A stretch of 64,000 nucleotides of DNA from positions 1,056,001 through 1,120,000 of the forward strand of contig CAWBWI010000003.1 of NCBI GenBank assembly GCA_963792585.1, in the 5' to 3' direction. Under the pieces are notes generated by a model. That model did not search any database. It saw nothing but the letters and a program-made list of their open reading frames with translations, and was not told the origin of the DNA. This document shows, piece by piece, positions 9,325 to 19,100 of the stretch. A program made the translations under genes and the position numbers. Each line of letters starts with the position of its first letter. Position 1 is the first letter of the stretch. Origin of the DNA: Candidatus Eiseniibacteriota bacterium. Its GTDB lineage: Bacteria; Eisenbacteria; RBG-16-71-46; CAIMUX01; VGJL01.

Positions 9325-9546
9325 ATGGCGATCAAGCAAGGCGACTCCGTGACCAACACGAAGTGTCCGGATTGGGGCACTGGATTGGTTCTCTCGATTG
9401 GCGCGAATTCGGTCGAGGTCCATTTCCAGGAAGTGGGGTCGAAGCGGCTCCGCATGGATGTACTCGCGCCCTCTTCGGAAAAGGCGCCCACCTTTGTCAA
9501 GAAAGGCACAAGGGCCGGCGGCCGCGCCCGCACGGCGAAGACATGA
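9325..9546 (+). CDS. Small SH3/Tudor-like DUF3553-family protein
   Basis: G.V...K.PDWG.G.V.SI.....V.F...G.KRL pattern; stop overlaps the next ATG (ATGA). Confidence 0.75.
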   Translation: MAIKQGDSVTNTKCPDWGTGLVLSIGANSVEVHFQEVGSKRLRMDVLAPSSEKAPTFVKKGTRAGGRARTAKT

Positions 9547-9773
9547 GAGACTTCATCGAATACCTCGCAAAGCGCCTCGTCGACAATCCCGAGGAAGTCC
9601 ACGTCACCGAAGTCGTTGGGGAGAGGACGAACGTCTACGAACTCCAGGTCGGCGATGGCGAACTCGGAAAGATCATCGGGAAGCAGGGCCACACGATTCA
9701 GGCATTGCGAACAATCCTGATCGGCGTCGCGACGAAAGAGAACAAGCACGTCGTGCTGGAGCTGCTGGAGTAG
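9543..9773 (+). CDS. khpA: KH-domain RNA-binding protein KhpA (UPF0109)
   Basis: MRDFIEYLAKRLVDNPEEV...LGKIIGKQGHTIQALRTIL; 76 aa with GxxG loop. Confidence 0.92.
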   Translation: MRDFIEYLAKRLVDNPEEVHVTEVVGERTNVYELQVGDGELGKIIGKQGHTIQALRTILIGVATKENKHVVLELLE

Positions 9774-9861
9774 CGTGAGCCGGCTCCGCCCTGAGTGGGG
9801 CCGGGGCGTTCTACCATGCGAGCCCGGACGCGCAGGTGATCGATCCGTCAGGAACAGGGCC

Positions 9862-10338
9862 ATGAAGATCCTCAGACCGAATCGCGTTACCCGAACGTAC
9901 ACGCAGCGCATTCACGCCGAGCCATCGCGGGTCTTTCCGCTATTGTGTCCCGTCCGGGAATCAGAGTGGATCGAGGGATGGGATCCTGTCGTGGTCCTCA
10001 GCGACTCCGGCGTGGCCGAGCCGGATTGCGTCTTCGTGACGAGCGCCTCGGAGCGCGTTGCGATCTGGTACGTCACGCGTCACGAGCCCCATGACGGGTT
10101 CGTCGAAATGCTGAAGATCACGCCCGGGGTCACCGCTTGCAGGCTCGCGATTCAGGTTCAGCCTGCCCCCGGCGGATCCGACGTGACGATCACATACTCC
10201 CACACCAGCCTGGGTCCCGAGGGGGATGCCTTCGTGGCCGCGTTCGACGAGCAGCACTACGGGACCTTCATGCGGGATTGGGAGCTGCGTATGAATCACT
10301 TCCTCGCACACGGCACGGCCATGCCGGGAGGCCAATGA
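9862..10338 (+). CDS. SRPBCC/START-fold protein
   Basis: VFPLLCPVRESEWIEGW motif and C-terminal helix DWELRMNHFL. Confidence 0.8.
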   Translation: MKILRPNRVTRTYTQRIHAEPSRVFPLLCPVRESEWIEGWDPVVVLSDSGVAEPDCVFVTSASERVAIWYVTRHEPHDGFVEMLKITPGVTACRLAIQVQPAPGGSDVTITYSHTSLGPEGDAFVAAFDEQHYGTFMRDWELRMNHFLAHGTAMPGGQ

Positions 10339-10377
10339 TTCTCGGGGGTTCTGGCGGCTAAGCGCCGATGTCTCCAC

Positions 10378-10491
10378 TCACGGAGTGCGCTTGGGCTCCT
10401 TGTCGTGCTTCTTCTTCTCCTCCTGCTCGTGCTTCGTGGCCTTCTGCTTCTGGCCCTTCTCCTTGTCCTTCTTGCCGCCCTTGTCGCCCAT
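10378..10491 (-). CDS. 37-aa Lys/Glu-rich small protein MGDKGGKKDKEKGQKQKATKHEQEEKKKHDKEPKRTP
   Basis: Absent from the ORF track (<60 aa); GAAGGAG RBS shortly upstream of ATG; near-exclusive AAG/GAG/GAC codon use. Confidence 0.7.
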   Translation of the reverse strand: MGDKGGKKDKEKGQKQKATKHEQEEKKKHDKEPKRTP

Positions 10492-10582
10492 CACGCATCT
10501 CCTTCTCAGAGCCGATATGCGCCGGCCTCACCTTCGTTGGGTGCCTGTATGGCAGCAACGGCGACGAGGCGCACGAAAGCGT

Positions 10583-10771
10583 CTACTTCTTGATGTAGGC
10601 GTTCACTCCCACGATGATTTCATGGCCGTCCAGCTTGACCCCTGCGGGGACATTGCCGTGCGTGGATGCGACCACCAGAGTCTTGCCGCTGGCGCTCGGG
10701 GTCGGCTCCTGGAGCTTCAACACGAGGGTCAGCGTCCCGGCTTGCTCATCGAGCTTCGCGTCGAGGATCAT
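10583..10771 (-). CDS. 62-aa conserved-looking hypothetical protein
   Basis: AAAGGGA RBS; PSASGKTLVVASTHGN...VGVNAY motif; good codon bias. Confidence 0.75.
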   Translation of the reverse strand: MILDAKLDEQAGTLTLVLKLQEPTPSASGKTLVVASTHGNVPAGVKLDGHEIIVGVNAYIKK

Positions 10772-10907
10772 TGTCCGTCCCTTTCCATCGGGGGCCGCGC
10801 CGCCGTCGCCCCGGAATCATCGCTGGTCGTCTGCCGCCGATATTCCGCGCCGGGCGCTCGCCTGTCAACGTGGATTGGGGGCATCTCACCGCGAGGAGCA
10901 ACCGTTC

Positions 10908-12545
10908 TCAGGGAAGGAGGCTCACCTTTGCGGTGGACTCCCTGCCTTCGGTTTCGAGACGGACGAGATAGGTTCCGGCAGGAATGCGTGCACCACGAGT
11001 GTCCGTTCCGTGCCAACGGATTCTGTGAGGTCCCGCGGAAGCAACTTCGTCGACGAGCGTTCGCATCAGGCGACCGGTGGGACTGAGGATATCGAGGCGT
11101 ACGCGACCTTCGCGAGCGATGGTGTAGCGAATCTCCGTCTCCCGTGTCATCGGATTGGGCGCCACGCCGAGCGGCTCCCGAGCGGCTCCCGCATCCGCCG
11201 TCTCGGGGGCCCGGGCCGCGGATGCTTGGTGGTATTTGACCGTGACGGCGTCCTCGTTCGTGACCGGGCTGTACGAGTTGCCGGTGAGGATCACATCACC
11301 GGCAGGATCGACGACGATGTCGTGTCCGATGTCGTTGGTCCCCTGGTTCGACGCCCAGCCCACCGCCCATTCCTGCACGCCTGTCGCGGAGAACTTGGCC
11401 GCCGCATAGTCGCGATTCTGGGGAGGGAAGTTCGTGTAGCCGGCCACGTAAGCGGCTCCCATGCCATCCGTATCGATGGCGGCGGCGATGTCCTCTCCGG
11501 TTCCCGGGCCGTCGAACTGCCGGATCCACTGGCGTGTGCCGTCCGGGGAGTAGCGGAGGACCTGCATGTGCGTGTCGACCCCGATTTCCGATCCGCTGCA
11601 GACGGCGAGGATGTTCCCGCTCCAGTCCAGGACCATGTCCTGGAAGATCAGGCTGAAACACGGTTGGGCCGGCGCCGTGTCGGACCAGAGGACGGTCCCC
11701 GAGGCCGCCGAACACTTCCATACCTTGAACTGGAACACTCCACAGGTCGATTCCGGGTTTCCCGCGATGACGACATCGCGGTCCGGTCCCACGGCCACGT
11801 GAGCGGGCGCGAAGACCGACTGGATGTCGCCCGCGAGGATCTGCTCCCACTGGAAGACGCCGGACGCGCTGAACTTGACGGTCATGAAACGGGTCAGGTC
11901 GTTCGCGGCGCCGGTCACGTAGATGTCGCCCTCCGGACTGGCGGCGACGTCGGTCGCGAAGTCGGATCCATGACTCGGCCCGTCATGGGTCCGGCTCCAG
12001 AGGAGCGTCCCGTCGGGCGCATATTTCAGCACGAGGTAGTCATCGCTGGTCGTGGCGCTGATCACGATGTTGTGATCTGCGTCGACCGACATCTTCGGTC
12101 CGAAGTCGGTGAGCATGCCCTGCACCGGAAATCGGCGGTCCCAGAGCAGATTCCCCAGATGGTCGTACTTCACAGTGGCGATTTCGGATGCGTTCTGGTC
12201 GGGGGATAGTCCCGTGATCACCACCTCGCCCTGCGCGGGCACACAGATGTCGGAAACGATCTCCCCGCCCGTGCCGCCATAACGGCGGTCCCAAACGAGA
12301 TTCCCGGCGGCGTCGTATTGCAGTAGCAGGTAATCGTACAGCTTCCCCCCGATTGCCGGGTCATAGGTACTGCCCGCGACGTAGATCCGGTTCGGTGAGT
12401 CGACGGCGAGCAGGTGGCCGATGTCCTCGTGATTCGAGGATGAGTTCCAGCTCTGGACCCAGAGCCGCGTTGGAGGAACCTCCGCCCGCGCGGGGGCGCC
12501 CGCAAGTGTGAGAAGGAGCGCTGCAACGATATGGTGCGTTCTCAT
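10908..12545 (-). CDS. Secreted SBBP-type beta-propeller protein with FlgD-like CTD
   Basis: Signal peptide; repeated D..G.IYV.G...DY...KY...G...W blades; CTD VAPNP...TGRLMRTLVD...WHGTD..G....GTYLVRL. Confidence 0.88.
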   Translation of the reverse strand: MRTHHIVAALLLTLAGAPARAEVPPTRLWVQSWNSSSNHEDIGHLLAVDSPNRIYVAGSTYDPAIGGKLYDYLLLQYDAAGNLVWDRRYGGTGGEIVSDICVPAQGEVVITGLSPDQNASEIATVKYDHLGNLLWDRRFPVQGMLTDFGPKMSVDADHNIVISATTSDDYLVLKYAPDGTLLWSRTHDGPSHGSDFATDVAASPEGDIYVTGAANDLTRFMTVKFSASGVFQWEQILAGDIQSVFAPAHVAVGPDRDVVIAGNPESTCGVFQFKVWKCSAASGTVLWSDTAPAQPCFSLIFQDMVLDWSGNILAVCSGSEIGVDTHMQVLRYSPDGTRQWIRQFDGPGTGEDIAAAIDTDGMGAAYVAGYTNFPPQNRDYAAAKFSATGVQEWAVGWASNQGTNDIGHDIVVDPAGDVILTGNSYSPVTNEDAVTVKYHQASAARAPETADAGAAREPLGVAPNPMTRETEIRYTIAREGRVRLDILSPTGRLMRTLVDEVASAGPHRIRWHGTDTRGARIPAGTYLVRLETEGRESTAKVSLLP

Positions 12546-12822
12546 CGGTTATCTCTCCCTTGAATAGCCGGTGATGTCCAAAGTCGCCGAAGGCCCGGCG
12601 ATGACGGGCGATGGTGGGAAGGCATCGCGTACCTACCTCTGCCCCGATCCGTACGGCCATCGGCCCTCGCGCAAACGGAGGATCCTACCACACGACGGCG
12701 GCTCCATTCCCAGCGTTCCCACCGGGATTTCGCGCCCGCGAGGAACTGGGTTAGGCTGGTCCCCGGCGGAGGAGGCGCGCCGTTGGCGGCGGATGGAAAT
12801 GGATGGTGGAGGAGAACGAAGC

Positions 12823-14124
12823 ATGAAGATCCGAAGCTCGCGGGCCCGCGCTCTGTGGCTCCTGGCCGTTCTCCTCCCGGGTCAATCCGCCCTGGCGCAG
12901 AGCGACGCGCCGGTTCTCAGGGCGAAGTCTGGAACCGTTGACATTCGGGACGGGGATGTATTCCTGAAGGGCGCTTGGGCCATCGATCCGGGGGTCGCGC
13001 TCGACGTCTACGAGGCCAAACGAACCTCCGGGGGGAAGAGAGTGACCTTCATCTCGGACGTCGATTCATTGTCGTTCGATGTCCGACCGGGAAGCACGTA
13101 TGATTTCATCATCTCGATCGGCGGAACGGATACCTGTCGGACTCGAATCTCAACGATGAAGCAGGGCTACCTGAGGGCTGAGCCGAATCGAACGGGCGCG
13201 CCGGACACCATCGCATTCGCGAGCCGCGAAGGTAGGATCCTCGTCACCGTCAGGATCAACGAATCCAAACCGCTCGAGCTTCTGTTCGACACCGGCGCGA
13301 ACATCGTTTCCCTCCGACCATCTGCCATCGCCAAAGGGGCGACGCTCACGTTTGACGGATCGGCCCTGAACACCTCCTTCGGCGGTTCGAAGGTGCAGCG
13401 TACGAGTAGCGACAACCGTCTCGAACTCGCGGGTCTCTACTGGGAACACGAATCGATCCTGTACTTCGACCGGCAAGCGCACGATCCGACGGACGGAATC
13501 CTCGGGTACAACGTTTTCGAGGACAAGGTGGTCGAGATCGACCATGACCGGAATCTCATGATCATCCACGAGTCCGTGCCGGCGAGCGCGGCCGGGTATA
13601 CCAAGTTCGCGATGTCCTACAATGGGGGACTTCCCACCCTGGAGACGACGTTCCATACCGGACGGAGACCGGACCATGGGAAGTTCGTCATCGACACCGG
13701 TGCTACAGCTGCGCTTCAGTTGAAGCAGGAGTTCGCCAAGGAACATGGGCTGTATGGAGTGATGGAGCGTATCGATTCCAGCACCGCGAGAGGGGCGGGC
13801 GGCGGCAAGGTCCGCAATGAGGTCGTCCGACTTCCGGAACTGGCCTTCGGCCCATTCATTCTGCGCGACGTGCCGACGCATCTGGAACTGCCCACCACGG
13901 GGACGGGCGCATCGTCCGATTGTCTCTTGGGGATGGATGTGCTCAAGCGATTCAATACCATCCTCGACTACCAGCGGAGCGCGGTCTATCTGAAGCCGAA
14001 TGGGCATTTCTCCGAGCCCTTCAGGACCCGTTTCTCCGGTCCCCCGAAGGCCGTGGTCGTCGCGATCGTGGCCATCCTTGCCGCGCTCTTCCTGGGATGG
14101 GCCTTACGGGGTGCGCGCCGGTAG
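12823..14124 (+). CDS. Secreted two-domain retropepsin-like aspartyl protease with C-terminal membrane anchor
   Basis: GGAGGAG RBS; LFDTGA and IDTGA catalytic motifs; DGILG and CLLGMDVLKRF; hydrophobic C-terminal helix followed by RR. Confidence 0.85.
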   Translation: MKIRSSRARALWLLAVLLPGQSALAQSDAPVLRAKSGTVDIRDGDVFLKGAWAIDPGVALDVYEAKRTSGGKRVTFISDVDSLSFDVRPGSTYDFIISIGGTDTCRTRISTMKQGYLRAEPNRTGAPDTIAFASREGRILVTVRINESKPLELLFDTGANIVSLRPSAIAKGATLTFDGSALNTSFGGSKVQRTSSDNRLELAGLYWEHESILYFDRQAHDPTDGILGYNVFEDKVVEIDHDRNLMIIHESVPASAAGYTKFAMSYNGGLPTLETTFHTGRRPDHGKFVIDTGATAALQLKQEFAKEHGLYGVMERIDSSTARGAGGGKVRNEVVRLPELAFGPFILRDVPTHLELPTTGTGASSDCLLGMDVLKRFNTILDYQRSAVYLKPNGHFSEPFRTRFSGPPKAVVVAIVAILAALFLGWALRGARR

Positions 14125-14371
14125 CGGAGCGTCGGCCCGATCCTCAATCGCCGCATCCCTCAGATGTCTCCACCGGCTCTTGACGCGTCATTCGTGAATC
14201 CACTCACGATCGGGCTGACCTAACATCCGCCCTCGTTCCGGTCCTCGCTGCTCCGGTCTTCGCTTGCCGAATATCCCTCCTGGCACTACGATCACCGGTC
14301 ACAAACAAACGCTGCTTTCCGATCTCACAATGCACGAGCGAACGTTACCCCGGCCGCGTGACGGAGGAATC

Positions 14372-16069
14372 ATGTACGCTCCGATCCACATTTGGTTGAA
14401 GGTGGCTCCCCGGTGCGGTCGATTTACGCGGCTCGCGCTGCCAGCCGTCATTCTCGCAACGCTCTCCTTCATGCAGCCGGCCGTCGCGGCAACCTGGGTG
14501 GTGAACTCCACCGGTACGGGGGACGACTTCCCGAACATCCAGGCGGCGATCTCGTCATCGACTGTTCTCAACGGTGACACCATTCTGCTCAAGGATGGCA
14601 CCTACACCGGCACCGGGAACCGCGATATTGATTTCCTGGGCAAGAACATCGTCGTGCGGTCGATGAACATGAACCCGCTGACCTGCGTGATCAACTGTCA
14701 GGGGACGTTCAACGCGCCGCACCGCGGGTTCTTCATCCACCAGGGTGAGAACGCGTCCGCCTGGGTCCAGAAGATCAAGATCATCAACGGATACACCGCC
14801 TATGCGTCGGGGGCCGGCATCCGTATCGACGGGAACGCCTCGCCGGTGATCGACGGTTGCATCATCCAGAACTGCATCGCCGAGGGGAGCGACGGGGGCG
14901 GAATCTCTTGCGAAGGGACTTCCGCTCCGATCATCCAGAATTCCCAGATCCTCGGCAACGGATGCGGCGGCATTCCGGCCGGGCACGGCGGGGGAATCTA
15001 CGGCGGTTCCACGGCGACCCCGGCCATCAACACCTGCACAATCTCCGGAAACATCGCCACGGACCAGCAGGGGTACAACGCCGGCGGGGGCGGGATCTTC
15101 GTCGGGGGCGGAACCATCGACTTCTGCATCGTCTCGAACAATCACGCCTACGGACCCGGCGGCGGGATCCACGCGACGGGAGTCCAGATCGGCTACAGCG
15201 ATGTCTCGTCGAACACGACGACCTACGGAAACGGGGGCGGCGTCTACATGGTCGGCGGCGGCTTGATTTTCTCGTCCATCACGGCGAACGCAGGGACCGG
15301 CGGTGGCGGTCTGATGGCCAGCGGCGCGTCGATTGGACGCTGCGCGATCACCGGCAACGTCTCTCCCGGCGACGGGGGAGGGGGCGTCTACAGCGTCGCC
15401 TCGAGCTTCCAGGGATGCACGATTTCCGGCAACACCGCGTTGGCCGGCGGTGGTGTTCAGGCAATCACCACGTTGTTGAACACCACCATCATCTGGGGCA
15501 ACTGCGCGACCATGCAGGGGAACGAGCTCTATGGAGACGCCACGGTCACGCTCTCGTGCTGTTGCATCAACCTGCCCGGCGTGACCGGCACCGTGAACTA
15601 CTCGGGCGGGCAGAGCTTCGTGAACCCGATCTTCTGCGCGCCGGCCTCGTGCAACGCCGCTCCGACCACGCAAGGCAACTACCAGTTGGGCAACACGTCC
15701 CAGTGTCTTGCGGCGAACAGCCCCTGCGGCACCTTGATCGGGAACTTCGGTCAGGGCTGCGCGTCGGCCGGCGTCGATGGCGACGTGACGTCAGGGTTGG
15801 ATCTACGCCTGCCGGGAGTCTCCGCCGGTCCGATGGAGATTACCTGGTCCTTGCCGGAGAGGGCGCCTGCGAGGATCACGGTCTACGATGTTCAAGGTCG
15901 ATCGGTCGCGACACTCGTCGACGATGCGGCGGCGACATCGGGCGATCACCGAACCCAGTGGTCCGGGCGCAGCGACGATGGGACACCGCTGTCGCGGGGG
16001 GTCTACTTCGTTCGCCTGGAAACCGCTGCCGGAGCGCGATCGCGGAACGTGGTTCTCCTGGGACACTGA
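14372..16069 (+). CDS. Secreted right-handed beta-helix (GGG-repeat) protein with FlgD-like CTD
   Basis: GGAGG RBS; DFPNIQAAI...GDTILLKDGTYTG.GNRDIDF.GK start; repeated GGGI/N motifs; CTD VYDVQGRSVATLVD...GVYFVRL. Confidence 0.87.
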   Translation: MYAPIHIWLKVAPRCGRFTRLALPAVILATLSFMQPAVAATWVVNSTGTGDDFPNIQAAISSSTVLNGDTILLKDGTYTGTGNRDIDFLGKNIVVRSMNMNPLTCVINCQGTFNAPHRGFFIHQGENASAWVQKIKIINGYTAYASGAGIRIDGNASPVIDGCIIQNCIAEGSDGGGISCEGTSAPIIQNSQILGNGCGGIPAGHGGGIYGGSTATPAINTCTISGNIATDQQGYNAGGGGIFVGGGTIDFCIVSNNHAYGPGGGIHATGVQIGYSDVSSNTTTYGNGGGVYMVGGGLIFSSITANAGTGGGGLMASGASIGRCAITGNVSPGDGGGGVYSVASSFQGCTISGNTALAGGGVQAITTLLNTTIIWGNCATMQGNELYGDATVTLSCCCINLPGVTGTVNYSGGQSFVNPIFCAPASCNAAPTTQGNYQLGNTSQCLAANSPCGTLIGNFGQGCASAGVDGDVTSGLDLRLPGVSAGPMEITWSLPERAPARITVYDVQGRSVATLVDDAAATSGDHRTQWSGRSDDGTPLSRGVYFVRLETAAGARSRNVVLLGH

Positions 16070-16123
16070 GGCGCGTCGCTTCGGGAATGAGTCCGCGATC
16101 CATCCGGCGGAAGCGTATCCGGA

Positions 16124-16168
16124 GGGGGGATCCAGAGCCCGTCGTCGCCGACGGTTCAGGATCCCCCC
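16124..16168. terminator. Inverted repeat between convergent genes
   Basis: GGGGGGATCC...CCGTCG-tcgc-CGACGG...GGATCCCCCC. Confidence 0.55.
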
Positions 16169-16198
16169 ATCTCTAGGAGTGAACTTTGCTTCGCGGAC

Positions 16199-19100
16199 CT
16201 AACGCAGGATCGTCATCGGGCGGCTCTCACGGAACGATCCCGCCTCGAGACGATAGAAATAAACTCCCGAGCCGACGGGCCGTCCGGCGTCGTCGCGGCC
16301 GTCCCATGTGATCTCATGCATGCCCGCCTGTTGGGACGCCTCGACCAGGTTGCGCACGCGGCGCCCGGCGGCATCGAACACGGAGATGCGCGTGAACTCG
16401 TTCCGCGGCAGCCCATAGGAGATCCGCGTTGCCGGGCCGAACGGGTTGGGACGATTCTGCGCAAGCTCGACGCGCGCCGGAATCCGTGCATCCGGAGCAT
16501 CCGTGGGCATTGGCATGAACACCTCGAGGCGCACGTCGTCGATCGCCGCCTCCACGAGGCCGCCCGCGTTGAAGTCGCAGGCTACGAAACGGAACTGCAA
16601 CGACTCGGTGATGGGGACGAACTGGCCGACGTTGAAGGAGACCCTTTGCCAGGTGTTGGCAATATCCGGGACCCGCTCGAGCGGCACCCACGACTCTCCG
16701 CCGTCATTGGATACGTCGACGGCGAACGTGTCATCGGTCGAGTTCCCTCCTTCGCCATACCAGCGGTGATAGCTGAAGAATGCCTGGAGCGCGCCGATGG
16801 TATCGTAGATGGGGGAAAGCAATGTGGTGCAACCTCCGTCCACGTCCACCTCGCCGGCCGCCCCTCCGACAGTTCCCTGCCCGGTCACGAAGCAGAAGTC
16901 CCCGGGGTCCGCGGTGTGGTCATCCTCTGGCTGGATCTGGACCCCCTCGTATTCGGTTCCGTTCGGATCCGCTCTCACCCAGATTCCGATCGTCGCCTGG
17001 TCTCCGGCGGCCCCAAACTGCCATGAAGGATCTTCGGGGTCCTCCACGTCATATTCGTAGGCGAGCAAGGTGATCCAGAAGGTGTAGAACCCTGCGGGGG
17101 CATTGGCGGGGGATGTGGAAGAGAAGCCGAGACCATCCTGCGCCCGGAGGTAGAAGTCGATCTGGATTCCGGGCGGATAGCCGGGCAGGGAGGCGGTGTA
17201 TTGGTCCCCCTGGGCCGTCATCAGGACGGGAATCCAGCCCCCCCCGTTGAGTCGATAGTAGAGCCACGCCTCGGCCACACCGCTTGCGTCGGTCATCCTC
17301 GCGCGGATGGTGTACGGGCCGGCAGTATCGGTCGTCGATTCCGGCGCTTCGATCTCGCGGATCTCCGGACCCGCGATATCGTGGAGAGCGAAAGCGATCT
17401 CCGTGGGTTGCCCTTCCGTGATGACCACGTCTTGCAGCGTGTCGGGCGCGAATCCGGTGGCCCCACCGACCACCGTGTAGGTCCCGATCGCCGTGGTGCC
17501 TGAGAAATAACCGTCGGCACCCGTGAAGAAGGTCCGTCCGGTCTCGAGGATGGTCACGGTCGCGCCCCCGATCGGATTCCCGCCGAACGAGGCGTTGGTC
17601 ACGGTTCCCTGAAGGACTCCTGAGGGCATGTTCAGGTAGGTGACGAACCGAATCGCACGACCCGACGCCAGGGGGGCCGCGCCGGTCGGATACTGGTCGT
17701 AATAGGAGTAGAGCACGCCGTCGTCCTGCATCGGATTCTCGATGCCGACGGTCGCGTAGTTGTCCTCGGAGTCGTTGTTGTCGACCGTGTCGTACTGGAA
17801 GACGATCGGCCCGTCGCCCGTGAGCGTCGGGTAGTAGGCGGGATCGTACAGGATGATCTGGAAGGTCTGCTGCCCACCATATTCATTGACGACCCGGCTC
17901 CACTCGACGATGAGCCGATGGTTGGCCGCATCGAAGCGCTGGAGCACTTTCCCGGGATTCAGACGGAGGTCGTCCCAGAAGCCGGCGATCATGGCCTGCG
18001 GTCCCCCCGCACCGGGGATCGCCCAGTTTCGGTACTCCGCGGTGTAGGTCGATCCCATGGCGATCCAACCGTTGGAGCAGACCGTAGCCTTGGTGTAGCT
18101 CGCCCCGTAATAGACGAACGGGAAGGGAAGGTCGATCACCTCCGAGTCATCCTCGTAGGTGCCGAAGTCCGTCAGAGCGATCTCCGTTCCGTTTCCACCA
18201 TAGGCGGGATCGATCTCGATCCATTGGTACGTCGGCGCATCCGGGTACGTCACATCCGTGTCGTCGAAGGCGAGGTATCCATAGCGGTCCGGTCCGACAG
18301 GATCACCGGCCGCACGTGCGCCGACGGTCACGGTGAAGAACGACGTGTCCACCGCGGCGCCGGAGAAGCTCGTGATGAGCGATAGCGTGGCGATGTGCCC
18401 GCGGTAGGCATCCGTCGCGGCTGCGATTCCGAAGCGATCGGCGATGTTCTCGACCCGGGCGCCGGGGTTGATCGTCCCGTACGATGCCCCCGAATCGGTG
18501 ACGATGACATACGGACTCGATGACGCGAGGGTCGCGGACGTTCCGACCGCGGCCGCGCCCCCGTTGTTCAGGAGGGCGACGCTAAGCTGCCCGCTCTCGC
18601 CGGGATCCAGGACTCCGTTGCCGCCCACATTGTACAAGGTCGAGCCGTCCGCCACGAGGTCGGCAGAGACGACGGAGAGCGTGACGAGCGAATGCCACGT
18701 GTTGATCCCGGAAGTGACGGCGAGATCGAGGCCGATCGATCGACCGTGGGGGCAGGCGGATGCGATCGTCACATCGAAGTCATCGGCGCTCCATGCGGTC
18801 GCCCCGGCCGGGACATCGCCGAACGTTTCGGCGGCATCCACGATGCTCACGTAGGGGTCCTCGGTGGAGATCGTCGCGGCGACGGCCGTCGCCGTCTGGA
18901 TCCCGAAGTTCTTGACCTGCACGCGGAGTTCGATCGTTTCCCCGGGATTGACAGCCCCGTTTCCGTTTCCGGCGCTCGTGCCGACGTTGTCATCGTCGAT
19001 GGTGGATGCGTTGTAGCCGACATAGACACTCGATGCAACGACGGGGATCGTTCCCTTGTAGGCCTGTCGATTGTGCTTGGTCACCGTCAACAGCATGGAG

